A stretch of 64,000 nt of DNA from Auanema rhodensis (lineage: Eukaryota > Animalia > Nematoda): NCBI GenBank assembly GCA_964057225.1, contig OZ059894.1, positions 9,052,001-9,116,000 of the forward strand, in the 5' to 3' direction. Position numbers and translations under genes: made by a program. Positions 29,953 through 42,169 of this stretch are shown here, piece by piece (within the stretch, counting starts at the first letter, position 1; each line of letters starts with the position of its first letter). The notes below the pieces were generated by a model. It was not told the origin of the DNA. It made no database searches and saw only the letters and a program-made list of their open reading frames with translations.

Positions 29953-31991
29953 TATTTTCGCCCCGTTTCGTCCTGCCAATAGATTAAGAAAAAGAAAATT
30001 TATAATTTAAATTTATATTACATTGCAATACAGTTTTTCAGCTACATTTGTGAGCTTTTTTTATATCTTTGTAATGATTATAGATCGTCCAATTCTGATC
30101 CACCATCTACAACTTCGTTCTCTATCCCATTTTTTTCATATTTGTTTTATTATTAATAATATACATATATTTAGAACAGAAAAGAAAAAGTTTTTATTTA
30201 GCAATTTCAATCTAAAACAATCAATCGTTTTCGAACATTTTTTGATCTGATAATATCCATTTTGCTTTAAACTTTTCACATGAATTTCACGTTTTTTCAT
30301 AATTTTACTTATACATGTATCACTATGAAAAGTTCAATTTTTAGTAAATTTTAAAGATATAAATTGAAAAATGATTATCTTATTTCAATGATATGTGGGT
30401 TGAAAGTACTTTTTTTAGTTGATTTTCTGATCTTTTTTGTCGTTCAGTCATTTTATTTCGATTTCTCAGTAGTCCATCATCATCAGCATCAGCATCATCA
30501 TCCTCATCATCATCGTTTCATTCCTCTTTCTTTAACCAAAAAGAGGGTGAATATTCAAATACGAATAAAGACACGCATTTCTCTAATGTTTTCAAATTTA
30601 ATGCTCATTAATAAACTTTGTAATAAAGTTGATTGAAAATTCCAATTTTTATATTTCTAGAGATGAATGGATCTTATAAGGCTCGAGTCATGTGGCGGGA
30701 TGATCGAAGCCCACCATGGATGGAAAAAGGTGGCGGACGATTGTCAACTCGTAGTTCACCTTGCACATCGCCAGCCATACCAAGCTCGTAAGTTATTCCG
30801 CATTAATATTAATTTATTGAATGACTATTAGAAGATTTTTCTTGAATATATAACAGCAAAATCAAATTCTTTCGATGTTTTTGTGAGTCTGTCTTACCTC
30901 ATCTACTTTCCCTGCTTCTTCCTCATTTTCAGTATTAGCTGGAATAATCAAAACTCGGAAAATGAGAAAAAAACCTAAAAGAAGCCTGTACATTCTCTTT
31001 GTTTTTTATTTTTTTCGCCTTTTTTTTTCTCAAAAATATTTCATGTTTATAAAGCAAAACTTTTGAATATTCCGCGTATTCAGATCTGACAGTTGTGATA
31101 TGTTGATAGACGATCGAAGGACATCTTCAACCAAAAATAGCTTATTCTTATTTTCTATTGATGACGAAAGTCAGCAGGTATGTTCAACTATTAAGAATTT
31201 ATTTTCAAATAATAAACAAAAATAAAAATTGTATTTGATACAAGGAAAGAATGAATGAAAATTCATTTTTGAAATATGAAAAGTTTGAAAATTCATAGTT
31301 TAACGATTATATTTTCAATTTGAAATGCTTAATTCGACATTTTTTTCTTCGTCTTTTCGGATAATGAAAAGATTAGAAGGAGATTAGCAGATATGATTTT
31401 GATATAAAATCATTGAAATGGCATACGAATGCGATAGAAATTGTAACTTGAGATTATCTAGCTAAAGACTAAAAGTTATCTTGAGATTTGAAATAGTCTT
31501 TCAACTACTACCCTCCATCGATCATTTCACTCATTCGTCGGATTTTCTCTCATTTCAATCTATTATATCCTGATTATATTATAATTATTATAATTTATTA
31601 TAACTTATTATATACAGTTTTTATAATAATTCATGATGTTTATAATGTATATTATAAAACATAAAAGAGTTAATACATTACTATGTTTCTGTAATCTTCT
31701 TTAAGTTTTGAGAAGAAAAGAAGAAAGAAATATAAAAAGAAATTTATATATAGATATAGATAGATATAGATATAACTATAAGTTTAAAAAGAAAGAAGAG
31801 TCATAAAGAAGATGAGAATGAAAGAATAAGAGAGTTTATGTATGTATGTATGAATGATGATAGCTTCGATTACTATTTAACTATGTGTATATCCTGCTTA
31901 CATAATAAGAATATAAGCGTAGTTAGTTGAGGTAAGAAGATGAGAGAAAGAATCAAAGTCAAAATTTAGTTTTTAGATTTCTTTATAAATA

Positions 31992-32041
<50 letters not shown>

Positions 32042-34592
32042 ATTTATTTTTCTAGGTAAAATGAAATAAAAGAACTGAGCTAAAACGACAAAATGTGAGT
32101 ATAGAGAGAGGGAGAGAGAGAGAGAGTAAATTTGTGTGGAATAGATGAGAGAATCTAAAAAAAGATCTTTTTTTTTCTATAATTTCATATATAAATATGA
32201 GAATTTTGGATTATAAATAGACTTTTTGAAATTGTTAATATGGTTGCTTGCTGTCAATTCATTTCTCATTTATTATTCCTTGTCTTCGCTTAATGAACTT
32301 CAATGCTTTAGAATATAAATAAAATATTTAATTTTATATTCTAAAGCAATATATAATATCTGTTCTATGCTTAATAGTTTAAAAACATTATGATGATCAG
32401 TATTATTTTTTTTCCATCGTTTATCAAGTTAATCTAAATAGTCTTCTTCTTTATTTTCAAACCAAAAAAAGTTGTAAGGTTTCCAATCTTATTCATCTGT
32501 TCACACTTCATTCACAATTCTTAGTCTTTCATCGTGATTGGTTCAATTCTACGTTTTCTTTTCATTCTTTTTAATATTTTCTATCTGATGTTGTGATATA
32601 TACATATACAAAATATATTTTGTATATGTATATATAAGAATTTCTGCTCATTTTTTTCTTGAAGAAGTTCAAAATGATTGATGTCATTATAGGAAAACAT
32701 CGTCAGATCTCAGATGCTTAGTGTTTTAGATAGAGTAAACACTTTTTATCGAAATCTAATCACAAAATAAACATCCAAAACGTTTTGTTTTTCTAAAAAC
32801 AAATATCAAAAAGCATGATTAAACTTCATAAGATAATATTTGAAACATTTGGATTTTTCATATCAAAAAATTCTAGAAAACACATAATTCATGCTTGAAT
32901 AATCATGCTTGTTTCAGGATGACATGGATGACAAAAGCGTCTTGCATTATGAACTGGGTTTTTATGAAAAAGGAACCGGAGACTGTTTTAGGTAAATTTC
33001 TATTAACTATTTTCTAATATATTATATTTTACTTATTATAGGGGTTCACTTACTTTTGCCCTTCGTTATGACTTTATTCACCGAGTGCTAATGCTACATG
33101 TTCTTCGAGCTAGTAATCTTCCAGTCGAGGTCAAACCGTTTATCAGATTATTTATTTATAATTATTTATTTTTTTTAGGATAAAAATCGAACTGTTGATC
33201 CTTATGTAAAAATGTATTTATTACCAGAACGACGAAATCATTGTAAAACACGTATTTGTAAGAAAACTCTTGATCCAGAGTTTAATGAAATGTTTTCATT
33301 TGATGTTTCTTTCAACAGTCTCAATCATCGCATGCTACAGGTATTTCATAAATACATAATTTAATGATTTTAGTTTTTCAATTTTCAGTTTACTGTTTAT
33401 GATTTTGATCGTTTTACTCGACATGGTCTCATAGGAAATGTAATTATGCGAGATCTTTTTGATAAAAGTGATTTGTATACATGGACAGAATATACAATGC
33501 AAATAGTTGGCAGTCAGGTAAAAATTTTTAAATTTCTTCATTTAAATTTTGTAAAAAATTCTTTTTTTTGAAAATATCATCGTCAGCATGATGATTTTCA
33601 TGTTGTGTTAGCACATCTGGTTAAGCATATGCTCTATTAATCAAAATATAAATTATATACTAAATCTAAACTATATGATGATATTTATATTATTTTTGAA
33701 AATTTTATTTGAAAATAATTCTTTCTATTTTTAGGAAAAAAATGATTTTGGAGATTTACTCTTATATCTACAATATGTTCCTCACGAACAAAAATTATTA
33801 GTTACAGTAGCTAAAGCTTATAACTTACGACCCATGGATATTACAGGAGCATCAGGTTTGTTGTATTGATGCTTTTCGTATATTAAGCTTCCTCATATTT
33901 TAGATCCATATGTGAAGGTGGAACAGGTATATCGAGGAAAACGTGTCAAGTTGCGAAAGTCATCTATCAAACGGGCAAACTTAAATCCTGTTTACCATGA
34001 AACATTGGAATTCGAATTACCTATCAATCAAGTTCCCGAAACAAATTTGTTGGTGCAAGTCATGGATTGGGATAGGTATGATATACAGTATACGATATAG
34101 CATATTCATCTTGATGCTTAATAGAATTGGAAAAGATGATCTGTTAGGATGTTGTGTACTTGGAAAAGATTCTCCGACAGCTGAAGGCAAGCAGCAATGG
34201 GAAAACTGTTTCTTGGCAACTGCATCGAAAGAAAGTGGACAAGTATGTGATTTTACTTAATTTTTAATTTTTTTTTCATCAGAAAAAGTAAATAAATTGA
34301 GTTACAAACATCAAATGCAACCATCTGCTTTTCAAATAAAATTTTAAAATGAAAGCCACGCGAAATTTTACGTGGGATGAAGCAATTTCATTTTTAAATT
34401 TTTCGTAAAGTTGCAACCTAACGTTGTAACTTAACGTTGTAACCTTATTTTTCGGTTAAAATAAAAAAAATAAAAGTTAGGATTGATATTAACTTTTTTA
34501 TTTTTCAGAAGCAGAAGCCTGTAGGCCAGTGGCACAGTATTCTCTCTGAAGTACCTGAGAGCTTCCGTGACATTCCAAAAGCAAAAAAATAG
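13926..34592 (+). CDS. Synaptotagmin (N-terminal TM + C2A + C2B), 11 coding exons, 431 aa
   Basis: Hand-spliced exons: 13926-14052, 30661-30787, 31084-31177, 32918-32991, 33042-33129, 33179-33340, 33389-33517, 33735-33855, 33904-34075, 34125-34242, 34509-34592. All are GT-AG with compatible phases, total 1296 nt ending in TAG. Translation: [31 protein letters not shown]; C2[47 protein letters not shown]...[16 protein letters not shown]; C2[20 protein letters not shown]...[22 protein letters not shown]...[14 protein letters not shown]; C-terminal GQWHSIL (WHxL-like). The C2 exons are near-certain. The join to the distant TM exon is inferred from phase and protein architecture. The paralogue was not assigned. 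Confidence 0.93.
14995..15058. repeat. (CT)n microsatellite
   Basis: Near-perfect CT run. Confidence 0.95.
15264..15324. repeat. (GA)n microsatellite
   Basis: Near-perfect GA run with GATA interruptions. Confidence 0.93.
19791..20722 (+). mobile_element. Mariner (DD34D) DNA transposon, internally deleted and non-autonomous
   Basis: Imperfect ~26-bp TIRs: left TAAGGTCGTCCAATGAAAACGTGTCC versus reverse complement of right TTAGGTTGTCCAATTGAAACGTGGCC. TA flanks both ends (19789-90, 20723-24). Transposase remnants: [13 protein letters not shown]...[24 protein letters not shown], and in-frame HDNARPH...[18 protein letters not shown] with exactly 34 residues between the two Asp. Frameshifts are present. 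Length 932 bp. Confidence 0.92.
19986..20640 (+). pseudogene. Degenerate mariner transposase
   Basis: Pieces lie in several frames with stops. The second HTH, the WVPHEL linker and the first catalytic Asp region are absent. Confidence 0.85.
20998..21047. repeat. 25-bp direct tandem duplication
   Basis: AGTTCTACCATGAGCATAGCAAGT(A/T) occurs twice in tandem. Confidence 0.9.
25712..25742. repeat. (TA)n microsatellite
   Basis: Perfect TA run. Confidence 0.93.
29904..29949. repeat. (CT)n microsatellite
   Basis: Perfect CT run. Confidence 0.95.
31995..32035. repeat. (CT)n microsatellite
   Basis: Perfect CT run in synaptotagmin intron 3. Confidence 0.95.
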
Positions 34593-35457
34593 AAGAAAAA
34601 TGAAAAATTTATACTAGACCAATCATCTCATGTTGTTATACGTTTTCATTTTCTTTTTTTTCCTCTTCTTTAACCTATACAGAATGTTTTATTCACTTTC
34701 CACTTCTATCTGTTTAACCTTATTTATCTTTCCTCTTCATCCATCTGATTTCCTCACTTCAATTTCTATTTTTCTTTTCCTCTCCCTCACTTTATCATAT
34801 TTCTTCCTAAATTTCTATTTCTTTTAAACAAAAAAATTTCATTTTTTGCCTAATTTGAATATTTTTCTTTTTTCTTATATCATTATACTATTTACCAATC
34901 CTATTTTCATCATGTCTCTTATCAATCACGGAGATTCATCTTTTTGCAGAGAAATGTATGTATGTATGTATATTCAAAGATTTTTACGTATTTTCGCGGT
35001 ATCAAAGTTGCTTCTTATTACTGCATGCAAGAACAACAATATTATTTATTTGCAAGCCTCTCATCTCAGCTGCATCTTTTTTTTTGCCTTTGGGTATTAA
35101 CAGAAAGTCACTCCTTGTCGATGTCACACTATATACTTCTCAACAAATTTTTGATGTTCATGAATGTCATACTGGTGCTTAAGCTTACGGGGTATTTGTT
35201 TTTTTTTATTATTTTTTGCTCTTCTTTTAATTTCATGTATATTTTTTTACAAATTGTCGAGAGAATGAATTTTTTATACAAAAAAAAAAACTTTTACATA
35301 TGTACACGAGTTCTGCAAATATCAAAACATATTACACATAATATAAGATATACATATAAGAGATATGTGTATGTATACATACATATGTGTATATGGATCT
35401 GGTTATATGAAGTCATTTTAGTCGGAAAAATGCTGCAAAATTATTAATTGTAACATA

Positions 35458-35463
35458 TTTATT
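35458..35463 (-). terminator. Putative polyadenylation signal (AATAAA) of amnionless
   Basis: AATAAA on the minus strand ~17 nt downstream of the TAA stop. The hexamer is common in AT-rich DNA. Confidence 0.4.
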
Positions 35464-35479
35464 ATGTAAATTCACAGTT

Positions 35480-38400
35480 TTAAAGATCGATAAGCTTTAA
35501 CTCTTCTACGTCTGAAGCACTCTTCTCTTCGAACATCGGATTTTGAATTCCACTTGTAATATCTGCGGAGAGATGTTCAGCTTGTACAGCCGTCGGTAAA
35601 ACCAATTCGTCGATTGGAGTTTCGTTTTCTTCTTCACTTTTTAACTGAAATTGTGGATATATAAATTCATTTTTAAAAGCTTTTCAACTAACGCCTTCGT
35701 CGGAAACCTGAGCTTCCTGAACAATCATTTGAATTTCATCGTTGTCTCCTGTTTTAGGAAGAAAGCGAACTGCAACGTATGATGAAACTGAGCTCGTGTG
35801 CTGCATTAGGAAATGTATTCTGAATACAAAAGTACATAAAGCATTCAGAAGTTAGAAGTAGGAACCTTTGTCGTCCAATCGGATCATTATACATTAATTT
35901 CAAAGTGATTGTTGATATAATAATGAGGAATAATATAGATCCAATGATTATCGAAGCTTTAAATAATTATATTGATTTCAAACTTATTCTTACAACTTAC
36001 ATAGCGTGAATGCTTTATCAATTTTACTCATTGTTATCTTAAATTCTTGTATTTTTAGATTATTTCCTAAATTACTTAGTATGTTTGGAACATGAGAAAT
36101 CTTAAAGTACTCAGTTGCCTGTCTAATTTGTACTCTAAATAGCCAAGTATATCGCTTATGGGTCCTTCTTCGAATGCAACTTCGTCGTTTTTCTTATAAA
36201 CTACAATCTGTAAATGAATATACCGGAATTTATAATGGGAAAATAGTGAAATACACCATGTATACCTGATAGGTTGAAGGAGTTTCATCATCATCTAATC
36301 TGTCAAACTCATAACCGTAATTTTCGTTCAAAATTGGATGTTGTTGAAAAAACTGCAACAGAAAATAGAAAGAAATATGTATGAATGTGTGAAGAAAAAT
36401 GTAATTTTTTGAATTTTCAGTAAACCTGGTCAATATCCTTGTGAACAGACGAAAAGCCAATATCATAGCCGACAAATTGAACTAAGCCTCCTGAAGATTA
36501 AAAAAAATGTCGGAAAGAAAAGAAATTTTAAAAATGATGAAAAAACGATAAATTTGCTAATATTTCCTTACCGCAGATTGAACAGCAATGACCAGTTGGC
36601 TTCACTCTGTCAATACATTCAGCTCTTGATTCACATGGAATATATGGACATAACAAAGACATCGTCTATAAAGTGCAGATTTCCTGTCATAAATGTTAGA
36701 AATTCCTAGAAATTTGATGCTATTTCAAGAAATTACAAGCAGCTTCGTCGTATCTTTTACTTTTTCACAATTCATGCTTATGCATTCGGGACAAAAATAT
36801 AAATAAGCCTAGCTATTTCGTTCTCAATTTATTTGACTCATTGCCATCAAGTGCAACCTTCTCTTATCCATTTTTTTCTCTCACATGAATATTATGAAGT
36901 AAAATTTGAGTTGAACATGCTTCTAGTGATGAAACTATATATATAAATTCTGGTGCCCGAAGCAATTGGCCTATTGTGTCCTTTTGAAATCATCAGTCCT
37001 GACTTAATTTCTTTCTCTTTTTCTTAGATACATATCAAGGAAATTTAAACACATCGCTTGTTGCCATCTTTCTTCATTTCGTAGAATTGAACGTCACATG
37101 TGTTTAGCGTTACAATTTTTTTTGTAATTTATGAATAATCTAATCAGTTGTTTTAGTTAATGAGGTGCAGCATTTCCTCAAAGTTTAAAGAACGCTCTGA
37201 GAAGCTTTTTGAAATTTCCTAATTGTGTCAAATACAAAGCTGAAAGAGCTACTTACCCCATTGTCCATGTTTGGATTACGTCGGCCCAGCATACTCTCCA
37301 GATGAGTTAGACCTCTATTCTTTATAATTAATGGCTCTGATTTGGGTGTTATTATCTCTAAGTCATCAATAGTTTTTATAACGGCTAGAGAATGTCCTAA
37401 TGAGACCTGAAACAAATATTTTGACATTCAAATCAAATATGTTCTCTGAAACGGATACCTTGTATTGTCCCTCAACTGAACTCACAGATTCAAGGAACGA
37501 ACGTGTGGTTGGGCTCTGAAAAAAGCCAAAATAAATCTTAAGAAATGTAATAAATTACATTTTCAGTATCAGGAAATGAATTTGACAATTTTCAAAAAAG
37601 TTTTTCTATTATTAGCTGAATTATAAAAGTTTTCTGAACATTCGCACTTTATTTGTGTCAAAACCAGTTAAGGACATCAAATTGTTTCTCTACGTAGGGA
37701 GATTCGTACGAAATGCCTTAATTATACGTATAAATAGAATAAATTTTGATGAATCCGTTTTTCTGTATATTTTCATTATGTAGCTTATGCTTCGTTTTCG
37801 TTTCTGTTTCCAGACAGTGATGGCTATTCATGAATCTGCTCCGAATAAAGTGTCTTGTCTCTCTCTCTATATGTATAAGTAGTGTCTGGAAGTCGTTCAA
37901 GACTTCTTCATATACAGTTTCATCCAAAACGATATTCAATATGAAATGATAGTCTGGTTGAAAAGCTAAGAAGACAAATTAAAGTGTATTTAGTTGGTTG
38001 TTCGTCGGAGTGCTCGTCAGACACTCTCTTTCCACTTATCCTTTCCACTTTCTCAAACATTGTCTGCTGTCACATTCGATGTCTGAAAGACATTTAACGT
38101 CTAGACCTTCAGAAAACCGTCATCTCTTTAGCCTATCTATCTTCATTTCATCCCTCTCACCGTCTTTCATCTTTTCTATACCATTTTTCTCGAAGATAGT
38201 ACCGCCATCAAATGACAACATCTTGTATCTGACTGAGTGCTTACAGTCTGAGTGCGACGTCAATCACCTATTTTTCATGTTCTTTCATGTTAAAGTTTAT
38301 TTTTGATCTGTCAATCTATCGAAACCTCAAATTCAATATTTCCATATCAGTCGTTTGCTAGTTTAAGAAGTTCTTTCTCTATACGGCTACAGCTAGAGTT

Positions 38401-41400
38401 TCGTCTTACTCATTTCCTCTTCCACATTTCGCTTTTTGTCTCTCAGCATCTTTCATTAAGAGTTCAAAATTTGATCCAAAAAAAAGTTTAATTGCTTCTT
38501 AACATCTACTTAACTGATATAACAATTAAAAGTTTCTGAGCTTATCATCATACGTATTCAAATGATCAGAGTGCAACGTTCAAGATGAATGATGTTTGTA
38601 TAGGTAAATACATCACTTTGTCCATAATTTCAACAAGCACTTAAAAACGTTATTGGGATGATTAAGCTCATTATTGAGCAGAAAGAATGAGCAGAAAACT
38701 TTTGTATTTTTCTTCTTCGTAACCCTTCAATATTTTGTTTCTTAGAATATGTGTCATCTTTTTGAACTTCTGGTCTCAGAAATTGGTTAAACATTCCGTT
38801 CAATTTCCGGATCAGCTGGACTGTTTCGATTTCTGATTTTAGAAATTCTATCAAATAAAAGAAAAAAAACATTTCTTTTAATTATTTCATAATTAAAAGA
38901 AATGTTTGAAATTCAATTCTGACTTATCATGAATCTAATGCTTTTATCATTTTTCTTGCTTCAGCTGGTTAGCAATATGACATTTGCTCTTTTGATTTAC
39001 CAATAGTGTCATGTTATTCTTGCTTGAATAATGAGAGAAGATGGACTTCCAGAATCCTGCATGATTTCATATATGAGTTGGCATCATCATGTCACATAAC
39101 TCATTCATCCTTATGCATTTTCCTAATTAGATATATCCATATAATAGCTTTGAATCATAAAATCTTAGGAAATGAATATATCCAACAGAAATCTTAAAGT
39201 TGCATACCGCTTGCATAACACATTCCGTTTTTCGCACACTTTTCTTCTTTGCTTCTCATCTTTGTCCATATATTCTGTATCAACTTTCCGCATCTTCGAT
39301 GGTAATTTTCTAATCTATATGAAATTTTGTGCTTATCCTTCAATTCATTCATCTTAATAACGAAAGAAAGTCCGAACAATTTGTGATCATTGGCCAATGC
39401 TCTAAACTGGACATGCTTATGCTGCTTTAAGCTCGTCATTTTCAGTTTATTGACTGGCAATGGACAATCAATTTTCACAAAACTGATTGGATAGAATAGC
39501 TTGCAGCATTTTGAGAATATTATGATAAAATGATCCAATTATGGATTTTGTAGGAGAGCTACTTGACACGGAAGTTGTGCTCTTCTTAGTGGAGATGTCT
39601 TAGTCATCATAACTTCCGTGAACTCGTCGGCTTCAGAGTTCTAAACCGTTTTTACGTCTTCTGCTATTTAAACGAATTCAATTTTGTCGTTCATCAGCCG
39701 GATATACGTCCAACTGATCCTCCAAGGAGTGCAGCTGCTCATAGATTGGTCATATATGGAGAGCAGCCTGATTCCTTTCTGTGGAAATTCCATTCTCATT
39801 AAACCTATGAAACTCGACGAGCCTCAGACAATTTTATTTGAACCAGATTTCTTTCATACTTTATTTGTCTTTTTTTTTGTTTAGCAGTTTTTTGAACTTC
39901 GATATATTTTTTTTGACAGAATAATAGTTTTATGAACAAGATAGAGAGACCTAATAGTGTAAAAGAATTAGAAAAGTTGGAAGAGCAAGAGAAATATGAG
40001 AAAAGTGGAGAGTCAGCTAGATTTAGACATCATCTTTGTCAGTCATCATGATCGTTGTTTTTTGGTAATTTTGAACAGTTGTCATGTTTTTTAATATCTT
40101 AAAAATCATCAGGAAATCTCCATTTGAGACAAAATAATCAATTATTTTCGAATTTCTAGAGTATTCCTGGAAATGTTATAAGAAAACTTGTTATCATTTT
40201 ACCATTTTTGGAAACAAAAAACGAGTTAGACTATTAGAAATCAGATGTACTCCGTTAATTACTACCTGAAAATCCAAAAGACATTCAGTGTATATTACTC
40301 ATTTCCATCACTTCAAAACGTTTTTTCATAATCCATTACATAAAACAAAACAAATTTCTGACAAGACGAGAAATACAAGACAATCGCTGTTGGAGGTACT
40401 TGATTGCTGTCCGAGTTCGTCAACTTATCGCAGTTGAACAATTGTCTGTCATGAGTGTATGAAGAGCTCAGGTGACACTCTTAGATTTTCTTCAACTGCT
40501 GACCCGAAAGCCGATATATAGATGTGTAGAACAACTAATGTATGTATGTATATATCTCTTTTCTATTCTTATCGACGACATCGAGCGTACACGTATATAT
40601 CATGTGCATGACGGCGTCATCTTCTATACTTTACTCCTCCTTACACCATCTTATTCATCGTGTTTTTCGGATGATCTTTCTTCTTTATCTGTCTGTACTG
40701 TATTAACCATTTGTTTTTCAAGTGACACGTGAAAATATATATAATGGTAAGAAAACGAAGCTTTGTTAACATGCGAAAAGTAATAGACACATTTTCGACA
40801 TCCATGATTGACAAAAAAAAAGAATTTTCAATTGGAGCTTTTTCTAAATTGAGACTCCTTTCTCCCGTTCTTTGTCAGAAGATTATTCCCGACATGCTGT
40901 TTTCATTTATAAGGTTTATAAGTTTATAAGGCTATGCAGAGCTAGATGAAATGAAATTTTCAAGTATATGCCATGCACCGCAACAAAAAAAAAGTTTCAG
41001 AAGTAGAACTTGAATGAAGTGGCTATGAATAAATACACAATACGAGTTAAATATATATATATATTTTTGTACAAACTTATTTATATACATATTATTGATT
41101 ATTTGTAGAAATATTCAAATCAAATACTGGAACTGAATGATTATGAATTGTAGTCAAAGATAAGATCATTCTTTGAAGCTTTGACATTATTTTTCTTTTT
41201 TTTTTGCTCTCAGCAAACATAAAAAATTTTTGAATCATACGGTGTTCTCAGCTACTAACAACTTACTGTCGTACTAGTATGCTTATCAGACGAACTATAA
41301 TATTAATTTCTTCATCATTGTTATTAAAACATGTAGTTCAAATCATCATATAATATACTTAATTATATAATAATTTAATAAAATAATATTAAATATATAC

Positions 41401-42136
41401 AAATATATATTTAACTAATCATTCTAATAAGTAATTTTCATCTTATTCACGTATGTTGACGTGTAAATATGCATATTGCTTCCACGTAACTACGTGTCCA
41501 TCATGCTCATTTTCATTTTCCAATTGACATCTCACCATGAATGGTTGCATCTTCGTCTTCTTCTTCTTTCTTTTTTTCTTTTCTTCTTCTACTTCCACAG
41601 AAAAAAAAAACTTTTTATTCCCATTTCAAGACTTATATATCTAAATCTTTGAGCTTTTTATATAGCTGCAAAAATATATCAAAGCAATGACACTGCAAAA
41701 TCTGTGAAGCTGACGGTATGGGGTATGCCTTCTTGTCTATTACTATTCTTACAATTGACGTACATACAATCACATACTTTACTGAATAATCACTGGTGTT
41801 GTTTATCCAGATTTCTCTTTTACGATTTCTGATCTCTTACAGCTAGGTACCAAATCATTTGGTCAGTCGATGCTCTTTAAACTTAATTTTGTTTCTCTTT
41901 TTCACTCTATATGTCAGGTTAAAACAATCTGGCCATTTCGGATGAATTAATACTGAAAACTAAGTTAAAGTGCGAAACTGGAAATCCTACTGATGAGTTG
42001 AATCTTTTTCTTCTCTCCCTCTCTCTCTCTTCAAATTTCTCGTTTCTATCTGTCGTTCTTCAATATCTTCAGGATTCACTTTCTCAAAGGTATCTTACTT
42101 TCTCCTTCTAATTCTCAATTCACCTCTTTTTTCCAA

Positions 42137-42169
<33 letters not shown>

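Larger units (their letters stand above)
14053..30660 (+). other. Large (16,608 nt) phase-1 intron of the synaptotagmin gene
   Basis: Donor gtgagt follows the TM exon and acceptor atttctag precedes the next exon. G+AG restores a Glu codon and the frame. Confidence 0.75.

Noticed and set aside
30474-30515. Poly-His-like ORF segment [13 protein letters not shown]
   Set aside because: It is an imperfect (CAT)n microsatellite in an intron, with no splice support.
34944-35447. Longest ORF in the track (167 aa)
   Set aside because: It lies between the convergent stops of synaptotagmin and amnionless (3' UTR region), has a non-ATG start and low-complexity F/I/Y/L composition, and shows no motif.
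37718-38872. Minus-strand ORFs (37718-37939, 38630-38872) as extra amnionless exons
   Set aside because: They show no AMN similarity and have incompatible phase or no donors. AMN aligns seamlessly without them.
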